Shown here in pieces: positions 12,952-25,087 of a stretch of DNA of 64,000 bases. The stretch spans positions 23,560,001 to 23,624,000 of the forward strand of contig NC_043013.1 of assembly GCF_006345805.1 (NCBI RefSeq). Direction: 5' to 3'. The notes under the pieces are model-generated. The model was not told where the DNA came from, made no database searches, and worked only from the letters and a program-made list of their open reading frames with translations. The position numbers and the translations under genes are program-made. Position 1 is the stretch's first letter. Each line of letters begins with the position of its first letter. The stretch is from Octopus sinensis. Lineage: Eukaryota.

Positions 12952-13053
12952 ATTGGTGTGCATCAGGAATCTGTGTTGTCACCATTGTTTGCAATAGTGG
13001 TTGATGTGGTGATGGAGAGTGCAAGAGAGGGACTGCTAACGGAGATACTGTAC
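12952..13053 (+). pseudogene. RTE-clade reverse transcriptase fragment
   Basis: GVHQESVLSPLFAIVVDVVMESAREGLLTEILY, matching the GVxQGSVLSP...LYADD region. Confidence 0.7.
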
Positions 13054-13269
13054 CACCAAAGATTGGTACCACCAAAGTATATAAAGTGCATTAACTGGTC
13101 ATCATATTCCAATTTCTTTCAGTTATCAGTAAGAAGAAGATGAGTAACTATCTTTCCATACAGACACAACACAAGCTGCGCTTTCTGAATATTTAAAGTT
13201 TACCATTAATTCTGTGAAATATTCATGGGTTCTACTAATAATGTCTCAGTACATGAACAAACGAGAGAA

Positions 13270-13600
13270 GTCAGTGAGCTCCCACTACAGAGGGGCCCAT
13301 GCTACTTTTTATTGCAGGCAACATACTGGAAACACATTCTTCTTGAAAGACTTGTTCCTATCATTGCTGATGAAGTGGTTTTTGTGCCAACTGAATCATT
13401 ACAGACGTGATCTTTGCCCTTCGCTAGATTCAGGAGAAATGCAGAGAGCAGAACATGGCCCTTTATGCTGCTTTCATGGTCAATAGGGATAAGCTGTGGA
13501 GAATCCTGGGAGCAGCTTGATTGTCAACCCAAGATGTTCCCTGTCTTCCAACAGCTACATAAAAGCCTGCCGGGACAGTTCAGATGCAACTGTTATCAAC
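13270..13600 (+). pseudogene. RTE/BovB-like reverse transcriptase fragment
   Basis: Across frames: HILLERLVPIIADE / GF...DVIFALRxIQEKCREQNMALYAAF / LDCQPKMFPVFQQLH. Confidence 0.75.
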
Positions 13601-16600
13601 TGGAGCCTGACCCCATTGAGAATGGCTTGAAAGACTTGTTCCTATCACTCTGCTGGGTGTTTGGTGTTAGGAAAGGCATCCAACCATAAAAACCCTGTCA
13701 AAACAGACATAGAAGTCTGGTGCAAGCTCCTGTCTGACCAGTTTCTGTCAAACCGTCCTACTCATGCAAGGATGGAAAGAGGATGTTAAATAATGATGAT
13801 GATGATGATGATGATACATATAATCATCATCATCATCACTATCATTATCTTTTAATGTCCATAACCCATGTTGGCATGAGGTGAATGGTCTGACTGGACA
13901 GCATCAGGCTCCAGTGTCTGATTTGGCATGGTTTCTACAGTTTGAGGATCTTCCTAATGCTAACCTTTATACAGAGTGTATTAAGTGTTTTCTCTTTGGC
14001 ACCAGCACTGGTGGGGCTACCATACAGCTTGTAAGACTAAGATCCCCTCTGATGACTAAGTGGTGCTGCAGTAGAGAGGGAGAGAGGAGAAATTTTATGC
14101 AACAATGGGTTAAAGTATGAGAGAAGGGGCCGGGAGCTTCAAAGAGATAAAAATATTGGTAATAAGGTTTGAGACTGAAGCATCAAGGTTCAAGATGAGT
14201 AGATGTGCATAGGGATAGAAACAACAGAGAGAAGAGATTGCAAGAGTGTATGGAGAGAGTGAGAGACTGTTAGAGATGGGTAGTATGGGAGTGGTGTAAG
14301 AGTAGGTGATGACTGTACACGTTGGGTAGGATTGAGGAATAGTTGATAAAGGGTGGGGGATGATCAATGAAACATGAGATGGAGGAGGTTGGGGAAAGTA
14401 GGAGATACTGACAATTCAGAAAGGAATGCAGAGCAGCATAACAACAACAACAATCATTTGTTACAGGCACAAGGCCTGAAATTTTGGTGAATGGGGTAAG
14501 TCAATTACATTGATCCCCAGCGCTCAACTGTTACTTATTTTATCAGCTCTGAAAGGATGGAAAGCAAAATCGACCTTGGCAGAATTTGAACTCAGAACGT
14601 AGCAACGGGTGAAATACCACTAAGCATTTCATCCAGCGTGCTAACGATTCTGCAAGCTTACCACCTTGGATTACAGCAAATATTCTGCTCAATACCACAG
14701 ATTTGCTTGTCAGTTGTTTGAGCTTAACCAGTTGAGCATGTCCCTTAGTGGCTGATGATATGTGCATCTCTGATCATGAGCAGAAGTGGTTGGGGAATAT
14801 TGTAGCCATGGGTTGAGAGGAATTCTTTGGGATTTGAATAATTCACCTCTGGAAACATGGGTGTTTCATTCATCATCCTTAAACAAACCTTATTCAAGGA
14901 CCTTTTGAGTGGGAGGGGCTACTCAACCTGAAGAAAATTTTAACTGGGCACCACCTGCAAAATTTATGCACTATTTATCTTGATATGAGATCACCACATT
15001 ATGCCCATATGGTTTTGATCCATGTGCTTTGTGTACCCTTATCAGATGGGTAGTCATGAAGGGTATACTGGGATTCATATATTTGTACCCCAATGTCACT
15101 TTGATGACATATGCTGCTCTCTCACTCAATGATAATAATAATAATAATGATACTCTAGACTGGAGAAGGATGGAAGAGAGATGGCTTGTGGTTGAATAGG
15201 TTGCAAGTGTGTGAGAGGAGGAAAGGCTCGGGAAGAGTGAGGGATGTATGGTGGGACAAAGAGAGGTATGGTGGTAGCACAAATGGTTGATCAGTGTAAA
15301 ATACAGGTGGAGAGGGCTGCACTAAGAAAGAAGGATGGATAGCTACCAAATGGCTCCAGCTTGTGAAAAAGATGAGTAATATCAGGAAAAGCTGGTGAAG
15401 TATGTAGTTTTGCTCATATTTAATTACAGCAGAATACTGCATCTAGAGAAATGATGGGTGGTGGGGATAGCTTCAGAAGGAAGTTGTGAATATATGTGTG
15501 TGTGTACACATTGTGCTTTCAGAGTGTCGGTTTCACTGAGATGGATGGGTCTTCTTAAGTACCGCATCTTGCCTGTTGTTCTCATCCTTTGTCATCTCCA
15601 TCATAAGGTTCAAGATCCTGACACCATCTCCACCTCATGTTTTCCTGGATCTCTTCTCCAGGCTCCATCCTCATTAAGTGACCAACACTTCTTTATATAA
15701 CTATCCTTATCTTCATGCATTACATGTCCATACCAGTGGAGGCTTCTTTCTTGCACTCTACATCTGATTTCTCTTATACCCAGTTGTTATTTCAGCTCAT
15801 TTGTTGTTCATGCATTTTTCTGATAAGAAGACATTCATCTCCAAAACAGATCTGTTACAGCATTCCTAGTTATTTGTTTACTTAATAAAACATAAGAATG
15901 TTTTCACATTATCAGCAATCTTTGCAGTCAAAGGCTTTCAAATAAAAAGCTGTAGATATATCTTTCTTATTTACATTATCTACATTATGTTTAGGTCATT
16001 TTACTTTGCATTGTGTATTTTATTAATAAACATCATCTGATTTTATTTGATTTTATGGTAAACCAATTAGTGTACCTTTTTTAATGACTTTTGTAATCGC
16101 TTAAATTTATTAACAAGAGTGTTTCAATTGTTTTATGTTTCAAATTGATATTCTAAGACTTGTTGGACAATAGTCTTAACTTTATCTACAGTTATATCAC
16201 AGTTTCATACAACTGCATGGCTTGTAGAAATTTAACTCCTTTAGTATATTATCTCTCTTCTGACTATATTTTTAATGAAATTCAGTCCATATGTTTCAAT
16301 ACATTTTGAAAATAACTGAAAATTTACCAAGAATTATTGAAAAAAATCTTTAGTTTTTTAAAATTGTCTTTGGATTAAAAAATATGTTCTTGCATGAAAT
16401 TATGATGGGATTTTAATTTAAAAGTGAACATTTTGAAACCATAGACTCTTTTGATCAGAAGACCAAAAGAGGTTCATAGTTGAGTTGGTACACAAAGAGT
16501 TAAAGCAATTCTTAGTTTCTCTAACATAATTTCAAATTTGAGATAGAAAAGAACAGGCACACTGATGGAAGATTTGAACCCTGTATCGATTGTCTGCAGT

Positions 16601-17030
16601 GCTACTGGATGACACAGTGGCTGCTGATTCTGAAATTATGGTCGCATGAATTGTTCCTATTATTTTTAACTCTACTATTTATCTTTTTTTGCAAAATAAT
16701 TCTTCTGTCAGTTGATACTAACAGGATAGGTGATTCTATTTTTAGCCATTAATTCATAACTTCCGTAATTTCAAAATAATTAAAGCAAATGTAATAACTC
16801 AGTTTTATGCTTTATTGACTATTTTACTTCCTGGCTTTTCATTAATGGTCCATCTACATATATATATATGTTGTGCATGTATGTATGTATGAATATATAT
16901 TCATCTCTTCGGCAATGTTGAATTCTTCAATGGACTTAAACACAAAGGCTGCAAACTAGAGCTAGCCGCCCAATGGAATCGCTTCCAGAGTCATTGACCT
17001 ACGCAAGGTACGACTATCAGAGAGATTATA

Positions 17031-18318
17031 TCAGGTCATCCCATAAGTTCCGTCCGATTTTACCTTTTCTAAAATTGAATGAAATTTAATAGTATTTTAG
17101 AATGTCTAATGGAATTAAAAATAATTTTTATGCATTTGTGTACATTTAAACTAATTAAATATTATTTTACAGAATAATAGAATTAAAATTCCTTTGATTA
17201 AAATCCTTTCTAACATAGAAGTATCCAAAGAGCATTTAAGGCACATAATGCTTTATGAGTACAAAAAGGAAACTCTGCTGCTGAAGTGACTTGAAACATA
17301 CACTCAGTTTATGGAAAAGAATGCTTGAATGAAAGAACTTGCAGAAGATGGTTTGCAAAATTCAGAAGTGGAGATTTCAGCCTTGAAGATGAAGATTGAA
17401 CAGGACGTCCAGTTGTGTTTGATGATAAGCTCCTTGAGGCATTACTTGAAGAAAATCCTGCATTATCAGTTGAAGAATTGGCAATAAATCTTAGTTCAAA
17501 CCATACAACTGTTCATCGTCATCTTCAACAACTTGGAAAGGTTCCTAAACTTGGAAAATGGGTGCCTCATGAATTGCCCCAAAGCAACCGCAAATCCTGA
17601 GTTGACATCTGCTCTTCTCTCCATTCTTGTGAACTCATTTCACCCTTTTTGGATAGACTTGTGATTGGTGACGAAAAATGGATCTTCTATCGAAATGTTA
17701 AATGTCGTAAACAGTGGCTTGGTAAAAGGGAAAAAGCTCAACCACAACTGAGAAGGGAACTTCATGGGAAAAAAGACTCCTCGCTCTATCTGGTGGGATT
17801 GCAAAAGAGTAATTCACTTTGAATTGTTACCACCTAATGCAACAATGACTGCTCAAGTCGACTGTCAGCAATTAGAGTGTTTGAACCAAGCTTTGAAGAA
17901 AAAAAAGCCCGCTTTAGTGAATCGAAAAGGAATGATGTTTCATCAGGACAATGCGTGGCCCCACCTGCAAAGATTACATCACAGAAGATCGAAGAGCTTG
18001 GTTGGGAAAAAAATTCCTCATCCACCCTATTCTCCTGACCTTGCTCCTTCAGACTACCATTTGTTTCGTAGTTTACAGAATCATTTGGGGGACATAACGC
18101 TTGCAAGCCAGGAGGAGGTCGAAACTGACATTTCAGAGTTCTTCGCTTTGATACCAAAGGAGCTTTACATTGATGGGATTAAAAAGTTTGTAAATAGATG
18201 GAAGAAAGTCATAGATAATCAGGGAAAGTACATTGATGATTAAATTTCAATTAAATGTAACATTTGATCAGTTGTTTCCTGTATTCAAAATTCGGACAGA
18301 ACTTATGGGATGACCTGA
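17031..18318 (+). mobile_element. Full-length (1288 bp) mariner DNA transposon, inactive
   Basis: TIRs tcaggtcatcccataagttccgtccga... and ...tcggacagaacttatgggatgacctga. TA at 17029-17030 and 18319-18320. Confidence 0.95.
17215..18243 (+). pseudogene. Mariner DD34D transposase pseudogene
   Basis: RRWFAKFRSG, WVPHEL, GDEKW, HQDNA and YSPDLAPSDY motifs. 34 residues lie between the 2nd and 3rd Asp after frameshift repair. The start codon is mutated (ATA), with several stops and frameshifts. Confidence 0.93.
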
Positions 18319-19339
18319 TATATACATAAGCACGCACACACTCATTTTACATGCATGCATACCTACCTATCTACCGACCGATCTACATATATATATACAT
18401 GCATGCTTGCATAAATTCGTAAAATAAACAGACGGATGGTATAAAAAGTAAGCTTCCCAACTATGAGGTCCTGGGACCGATTCCTCTGTATAGCATTTTG
18501 GGAAAATATCATTTTCACACTTGTTAGAAGGAAATTGTACCCGCTGATTTTGCTTGAGAATTATATTAAGGGTAGACGTGTCCTTGACACACTCGGTCAC
18601 TTACATGTCAATTCAGGAGCAGATAATTTCAGGGAACCGAAAAAACAGAACCCTCGTAGTTGAAAGACGGAGATCCACCACTACTCACAGCATACACACA
18701 TATGCATGCACCAACACACACATGCAGCAGGAGTGGCTGTAAATTCCAATCAAAATAATAACTACACGTAGGCGCGCGGGGCATGACCACCTCCATCCTT
18801 TATTCTTGATCGTAATTAGAGACAGAGAATATTAATCACTTATTTTTGTGGAATCTGACATATTTTCCCAGACAAAATAGTATATTTTCCTGCTTGACTT
18901 TATTTCGCTTCACTAAGAACCAGTTATCTACTTCCAATTAAATAATCTGACAAAAAATAAATTTCATTAATAAACTTACATTTATCGTCTCAGTTAATTT
19001 TATTTTTTATTCCTCCAATATTTTTTTTATATTAGAAACTTATTCAGTCCCTTTCTTAGGATACGTGGATATCTATTTGCGTTTTCAGGAGTTACAGGAT
19101 GTAAATACACACCTCAGAACACTTAAATCTACTTAGAAAACTCTTAGTACAGGCGATAAAATGTACTTTTTATAGAAAGGAAACTGGTTTGGGTTAGATA
19201 AATTAGACGTAGAGTCCAGTGAGTTTTGTTTTTAGATGCACGGAAATTTACATTTATAATTAATTCTAAATTAAATCTACAATACCAAAGACAAAGCATA
19301 TAACCACAAAGGAACCTGTACGCAGTCGTGGTTAAACTA

Positions 19340-22300
19340 AACATGCAGCTCACGATGGTCATTAAAGGCGTTCGACTACAACCCTAAGCTTCATTATGAT
19401 TGCCACCCAGATATGAACATTGGAGATATGTCCACCACTTGCTCTTTCTGCAATGCTAAGAAGCAGTCAAGAGAAACTCCTGCTATGTGTTGCGCTAATG
19501 GAAAAGTTAACCCCACTCCGCTGCAAGATCCACCATAGCTGTTGAAGTCACTCTACACTGGCACAACTACAGTGTCGAAACATTTCCTCAATAACATCCG
19601 GAAGTACAATTGTGCATTCCAAATGACAGCTTTCGGCGCTAATGTTGTTCAAGAAGGCGGGTTTGTGCCTACTTTCAAAGTGCATGGACAGATTTACCAT
19701 AGGATAGGATCGCTTGAACCTGCTGAAAATCAAGATCCTCAAATCCTTCAACTGTACTTTGAAGTCAATTTACACGAACAAGCCACCCGACGAAACTCTA
19801 TTTCCACTGGCACTAACTTTCACCTGATAATGCAACTGCAAAACCTTTTGCACCAGAAAAACAGCTACGTACGTAGCTTCAGGGATGCCTTGGAAACGGA
19901 AGCTTCATCAAATTTTAATGTTGTCATTAATGCTCAGAAAAGACCATCTAGGGAACATGCAGGCCATTACAATGCACCTACATGCAATGAAATAGCTGTA
20001 CTCCTTCACGGTGAACAGCACAATCTCGGAGACATTGTCCTTAGGCGACTTGACACCACCCTCCAACGAATTAGTGAAACGCACTGATCCTACGATACGC
20101 TTCAATATCCGCTTCTCATTGTTAACTGTGAGGACGGCTACCACATCAATATACCACAGCAAGATACCCCAAAATCGTAATGAACATCTCAACAAGCCAG
20201 TATCCTGCATGGACTTCTACTCATATCGATTTATGACTCGAAATAACTGCTGTAATCACCTCCACCACTCTCGAGAGCTATTTCATCGATTTGCAGTCGA
20301 TATGTGCGCAAAAATGGAATCAGAGAGATTGTGCTTCATCAGGTCACATAAAAAAAATTGCGCTCTGACAGCTACATCCATCTCTGAGATGTCATCAACA
20401 ATGATGCTGCTCCAACAAGCATAGGAAGAGTTTGCAGCTTGCTCTCCACGTTCACTGGAAATCCCCGATACATGCATGAAAGAACACAGGATGCAATGAC
20501 CTTCGTCCACCATTACGGCAAGCCTGACCTGTTCATAACTTTCACATGCAATTCCAAGTGGAAGGAAATTCAGGCCGAACTCTTCTTCGGTCAAAATCCT
20601 AGAGGCAGGTGTGACCTCCTCGCCCGAGTTTTCCATCTGAAGTTAATCACTCTCATGGAGCTCAAAAAAAAAATGGGTAAGTCTTCGGACCCATACAATA
20701 TGACATGTACGTAATCGAATGGCAAAAAAGGGGCCTTCCACATGCTCATATCCTGCTTTGGGTGTCAACGAAGATCAAATCCAATGACATCGACAAGGTA
20801 ATCTCTGCAGAGCTTCTTGATCCAGCTTTACACAAAGTACTATACGAAATAGTTAAGGCAAACATGGTGCATGGTCCATGTGAAAAGATTTCCAATGAGG
20901 TTCCTACAAGAAATTCAGACAAGTGCTGATGAGTATCCATCATACAGACGGAGAAAACCAGGAGACGGCGGTTTCACAGCAACTATCGGACAGCACGAGT
21001 TTCATAATAGATGGATTGTTCCCTACTATCCAATCTTGTCAAAGACTTTCTATGCCCACATCAACGTTGAGTTTTTCAACTCTGTTAAGTCCATAAAGTA
21101 CGTTTGTAAGTATGTGAACAAGGGTTCTGACGCTGCAATGTTTGGATTTCAACAAGAAAAACATTTATTACGAAGCTTCTCCTTGCAAAGTTAGGCAGTA
21201 CCAGGACATCGTGGTAGCTGTGGCTTCCTCTGGGATTGCAGCTACTTTGTTACCCGGTGGCAGGACAGCACACTTGACTTTTAAACTCCCTCTCAATTTA
21301 GCGGTATCCGAGATGCCTTCATGCAACATCAGCAAAAGCTCAGATCAGAGGCAGATACTTAAAAGGTGTCATCTAATCGTCTGTGATGAGCTCACAAGGG
21401 AGCTGTGGAAGCATTAGATAGGTCCCTGAAAGATATCCGAGACTGTCAGGCACTAATGGGAGGTGTAACGCTTCTGTTGTCATGTGATTTCAGGCAAACT
21501 CTTCCTGTCATTCTGAAAGGCACTAGAACAGATGAAGTCCAAGCATGCCTAAAGTTCTCTGCCCTGTGGTATCATGTTACGATCCTCAGTCTTACCACTA
21601 ACATGAAGGCTCCGCAACACAGCGACCAAATGTCCGCAAAGTTTGCACAAGACATTTTGACACTTGGTGATGGCAAAGTACCTCTCGATGCTGAAGGACT
21701 AATGGAAGTGTGGCCATTTTCCTCTGTTGTTAATTCTGTGGATGAGCTCAAGCACAAAGTTTTTCCCAACTTCACACAAAACTACCAAAATCACAATTGG
21801 CTGTGTGAAAGAGCAATATTAGCTCCAAAAAACGTCGCTGTTAACAAAATTAATCAACAGCTAATGCATTCTCTTCCCGGTACTATATACACTTACAAGT
21901 CTGTTAAAAATGAAGTGGTGATCTACCCTCCTGAATTTCTCAATTCGTTGGAGCCACCTGGACTACGTCCCAACATATTAGCACTTAAAGTTGGAACTCC
22001 TGTAATGCTACTCCGCAATCTGGAACCACCAAGACTTTGCAATGGGACACGACTGGTGATAAAGAAAATGTTGTCAAAGGTGATCGAGGCTGCCGTTCTT
22101 TCTGGATGTGGAAAAAATGATGACGTCTTCATTTCAAGAATTCCTCTTACTCCATCAGGAGCAGAAATCCCATTTACGTTCAGAAGACTGCAATTCCCCC
22201 TTCGTGTCAGTTTTGCCATGTCCATTAACAAATCTCAGGGTCAAACCCTCTTTGTGACTGGTCTTCTCTTGGAAGAGCCCTGCTTCTCGCATGAACAACT

Positions 22301-22340
22301 GTATGTCGGTTGCTCAAGAGTGGAAAGTAATTTATATTAT
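19340..22340 (+). pseudogene. Helitron Rep/Helicase pseudogene with internal deletion
   Basis: Zn-finger CSFCNAKK...MCCANGKV. Rep motifs FITFTCN, VIEWQKRGLPHAHILLW and YVCKYVNKG. PIF1 helicase motifs VASSGIAATLLPGGRTAH, DFRQTLPV and SINKSQGQT. Many stops and frameshifts. Confidence 0.93.
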
Positions 22341-23553
22341 TATATGATTGAACGCCAGGCATCCATTTCCAAGTAAGTTTTATCTTAATAATTCTGATGC
22401 GCACTCTACAACTATCTCTATCCCCCCTCTATTATGCTTCCTTCTTTCTGTTTTTCTTCTCCTCCCCTTCACTGTTCTCTTTCTCTCCCCTTCTCTCTCT
22501 CATTTTTCCTCTTTGACTCTCTCGTTGCTCACATGTGACCAGTGGCTATCTTTCTTTTTCCTCTTGCTTTACAAGAGACAAGATACACCTTTGCCTGTCT
22601 CTTGTCAAAGCTCGTTTCTCCAGCGTTCACCACTTCACCTCGTTATGGTTTAACTACCCTTAACGTTTGTTTTTACTGTTTTGTTCTTACTGTCCTATTC
22701 TTGTTACAACTTTTATCCCTCCGCAAATCCCAAATTTTTTAAAATTTGCTTTGCGGGAACGGCTGTTTTAACGAAGTCGCGTCTTGTCCCAACGTTCGAA
22801 ACGCGGAGTAGATAACACAAGGGACAACTGATGAAGGAATTGTTCTTTATGTTGCCTGTCTCATTTCTCTATTTGCTGCTTTCGTTGTTCAAAAAGAAAG
22901 TTCGTTTTCTATGTTTTTGATTTTTTATGTTCTCGTTTTTCATTTTGCCCACGTTCTTTTGACGTCCTGTACCCATATATGCATGTATATATAATATATA
23001 TGTAGATATGTACGTACATATATATATAATATATATGTAGATATGTACATATATGTATGTATATATGCATATACAAATATTATTTGTCATCTTATATATA
23101 TATACCTTCCTTGTGTGTGTCCATACATGTATATACGTGTATATATATAATGTATGTATATCTGTATGTATATATATTTATTGAAATATAATTATTTCTA
23201 GCCCACTCTCTCTATATGTACATTGTATGCAAATCCCACAGACGTGTGTGTGTGTATACATATACACCCCACGTTCGCCAGCGCTTTTTTTTCTTCATAT
23301 TCGTTTACTACATGTTGTTGTACACCTATTACACTATTAAAAAATTTTTTTTTTTGCTGTGGTGAGACAACTCGGACCATTCCTCTCCCCCAACCCTTGT
23401 TCGCCAGCGCGCATTTTTTTCATATTCGTTTAGTATATGTTTTACACCTATTACACTATTTTTTTTCTTGCATGGGTCAAACCCTTTAGCGACTGCTTGG
23501 CCTCCTCGAAGTAGTAACTAAATCTCCCTTCAATCATACTGTATACAATAATT

Positions 23554-23587
<34 letters not shown>

Positions 23588-23829
23588 CATATTATACAGT
23601 CTTAAAAAAAAAGATGATACATTGGATAATATACTCCCGATTGTTAAAAAAAAGGTGTATGTGCGAGGGGAAATCAATATTCATGACCAGAATGGTTCTG
23701 ATCACAGGGGTGTTCGATGAGAGGTGACCTGGGACAAAACAATAATACAACGTTGCCAATTCCAGACAAAACTCATGTCTCGGTGTTAAACGACCACGAA
23801 CAATTTATCTGATACACACACATATACTC

Positions 23830-24255
23830 TTTTACTCGTTTCAGTCATTTGACTGCGGCCATGCTGGAGCACCGCCTTTTAGTCGAGCAAATCGACCCCG
23901 GGACTTATTCTTTTGTAAGCCCAGTACTTATTCTATCGGTCTCTTTTGCCGAACCGCTAAGTAACGGGGACGTAAACACACCAGCATCGGTTGTCAAGCA
24001 ATGCTAGGGGGACAAACACACACACAAACATACACACAAATACATATACATACACACACATATATATATATATATATAATATATATATATACATATATAC
24101 GACAGGCTTCTTTCAGTTTCCATCTACCAAATCCACTCACAAGGCATTGGTCGGCCCGGGGCTATAGCAGAAGACACTTGCCCAAGATGCCACGCAGTGG
24201 ATCTGAACCCGGAACCATGTGGTTGGTAAGCAAGCTACTTACCACACAGCCACTC
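23830..24255 (-). mobile_element. Composite tRNA-derived SINE
   Basis: Near-identical to 5330-5755. Confidence 0.8.
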
Positions 24256-24882
24256 CATTTACCAGGAAATGTTAGTGATTCGAAGTTTTGGCATGCTTGC
24301 TTTCATCAGCACGTCGAAACTTCGGTGTCATTGCCAATCCTTTGTTTTAAAATTGAACAAACATGTACTTAACTAAAAAGTGTGTGTGTTGAAACAATAC
24401 ATGTATGTATGTGTGTGTGAGTGTGTATATATATATATATCGGACACACACACACACACACACATATACGTGTGTGTGTGTGTGTCACAAGTGCTAATTT
24501 GTGAAAAGATATTGTCCTATAATTTAAATACTCAATCCCTAAAAGCTAGTAACCCTTTTGTTGGACGTGATCAAGGTAAATCTCTGAAGGTATTTTTCTG
24601 CCATTTACTCCAGATATAATCTGCAGACGCTTCAAGTCGGATTCTGATGTATTTATCATTTCATTCCAACTGGAATTTTAAGTATTCAGGCAGATTACGA
24701 AAATAATACAAATAAGTGGTAAAATTGAGTGGCTAAAATATTTAGACGTGACTCGTTAGTTTCGTCTCTTCGCTAGTCTTGCAGTAATTGATAGCAGCAA
24801 CACTGGAAGCAGAATTCGAAACGATGCAATGAAACCTGTGCGAGAAAGCAACAACTGAGATGGTAGTGGTTGGAGCGATGTG

Positions 24883-24904
24883 ATTGGACGAGAAATCAGC
24901 CAAT
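24883..24904. promoter_or_regulatory. Paired CCAAT boxes upstream of the RASA1 start codon
   Basis: ATTGG at 24883-24887 and CCAAT at 24900-24904, in a CpG-richer patch 50-70 bp upstream of the ATG. TSS unknown. Confidence 0.3.
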
Positions 24905-24950
24905 CGAAATTACCACTTGTCGTAGGTGCGGACTTGTGCCATGAGGGAGA

Positions 24951-25087
24951 ATGGCGGAGCTGAAACAGACCGTCGACAATTCCAACTGTGGCTTGCAACA
25001 AGACGAATTCGATCCCTTTTCTGCTGACGTCGAGAGAACTGAAGAACAGGTGGACACGGCCCTTACATCGGCGCCGTCGGAAGAAGA
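24951..25087 (+). CDS. RASA1: RasGAP exon 1
   Basis: MAELKQTVDN...TALTSAPSEE(E). agaATGG context, GTAAGT donor, phase 2 matching exon 2. LTSAPSEEEWYHG aligns with human LTAPPTNQWYHG. Confidence 0.75.

Noticed and set aside
24270-24325. Minus-strand CTGATGA...CGAAT as a hammerhead
   Set aside because: A15.1 is not conserved, the stems are poor, and the nearby cgaaac is on the opposite strand to the CTGATGA.
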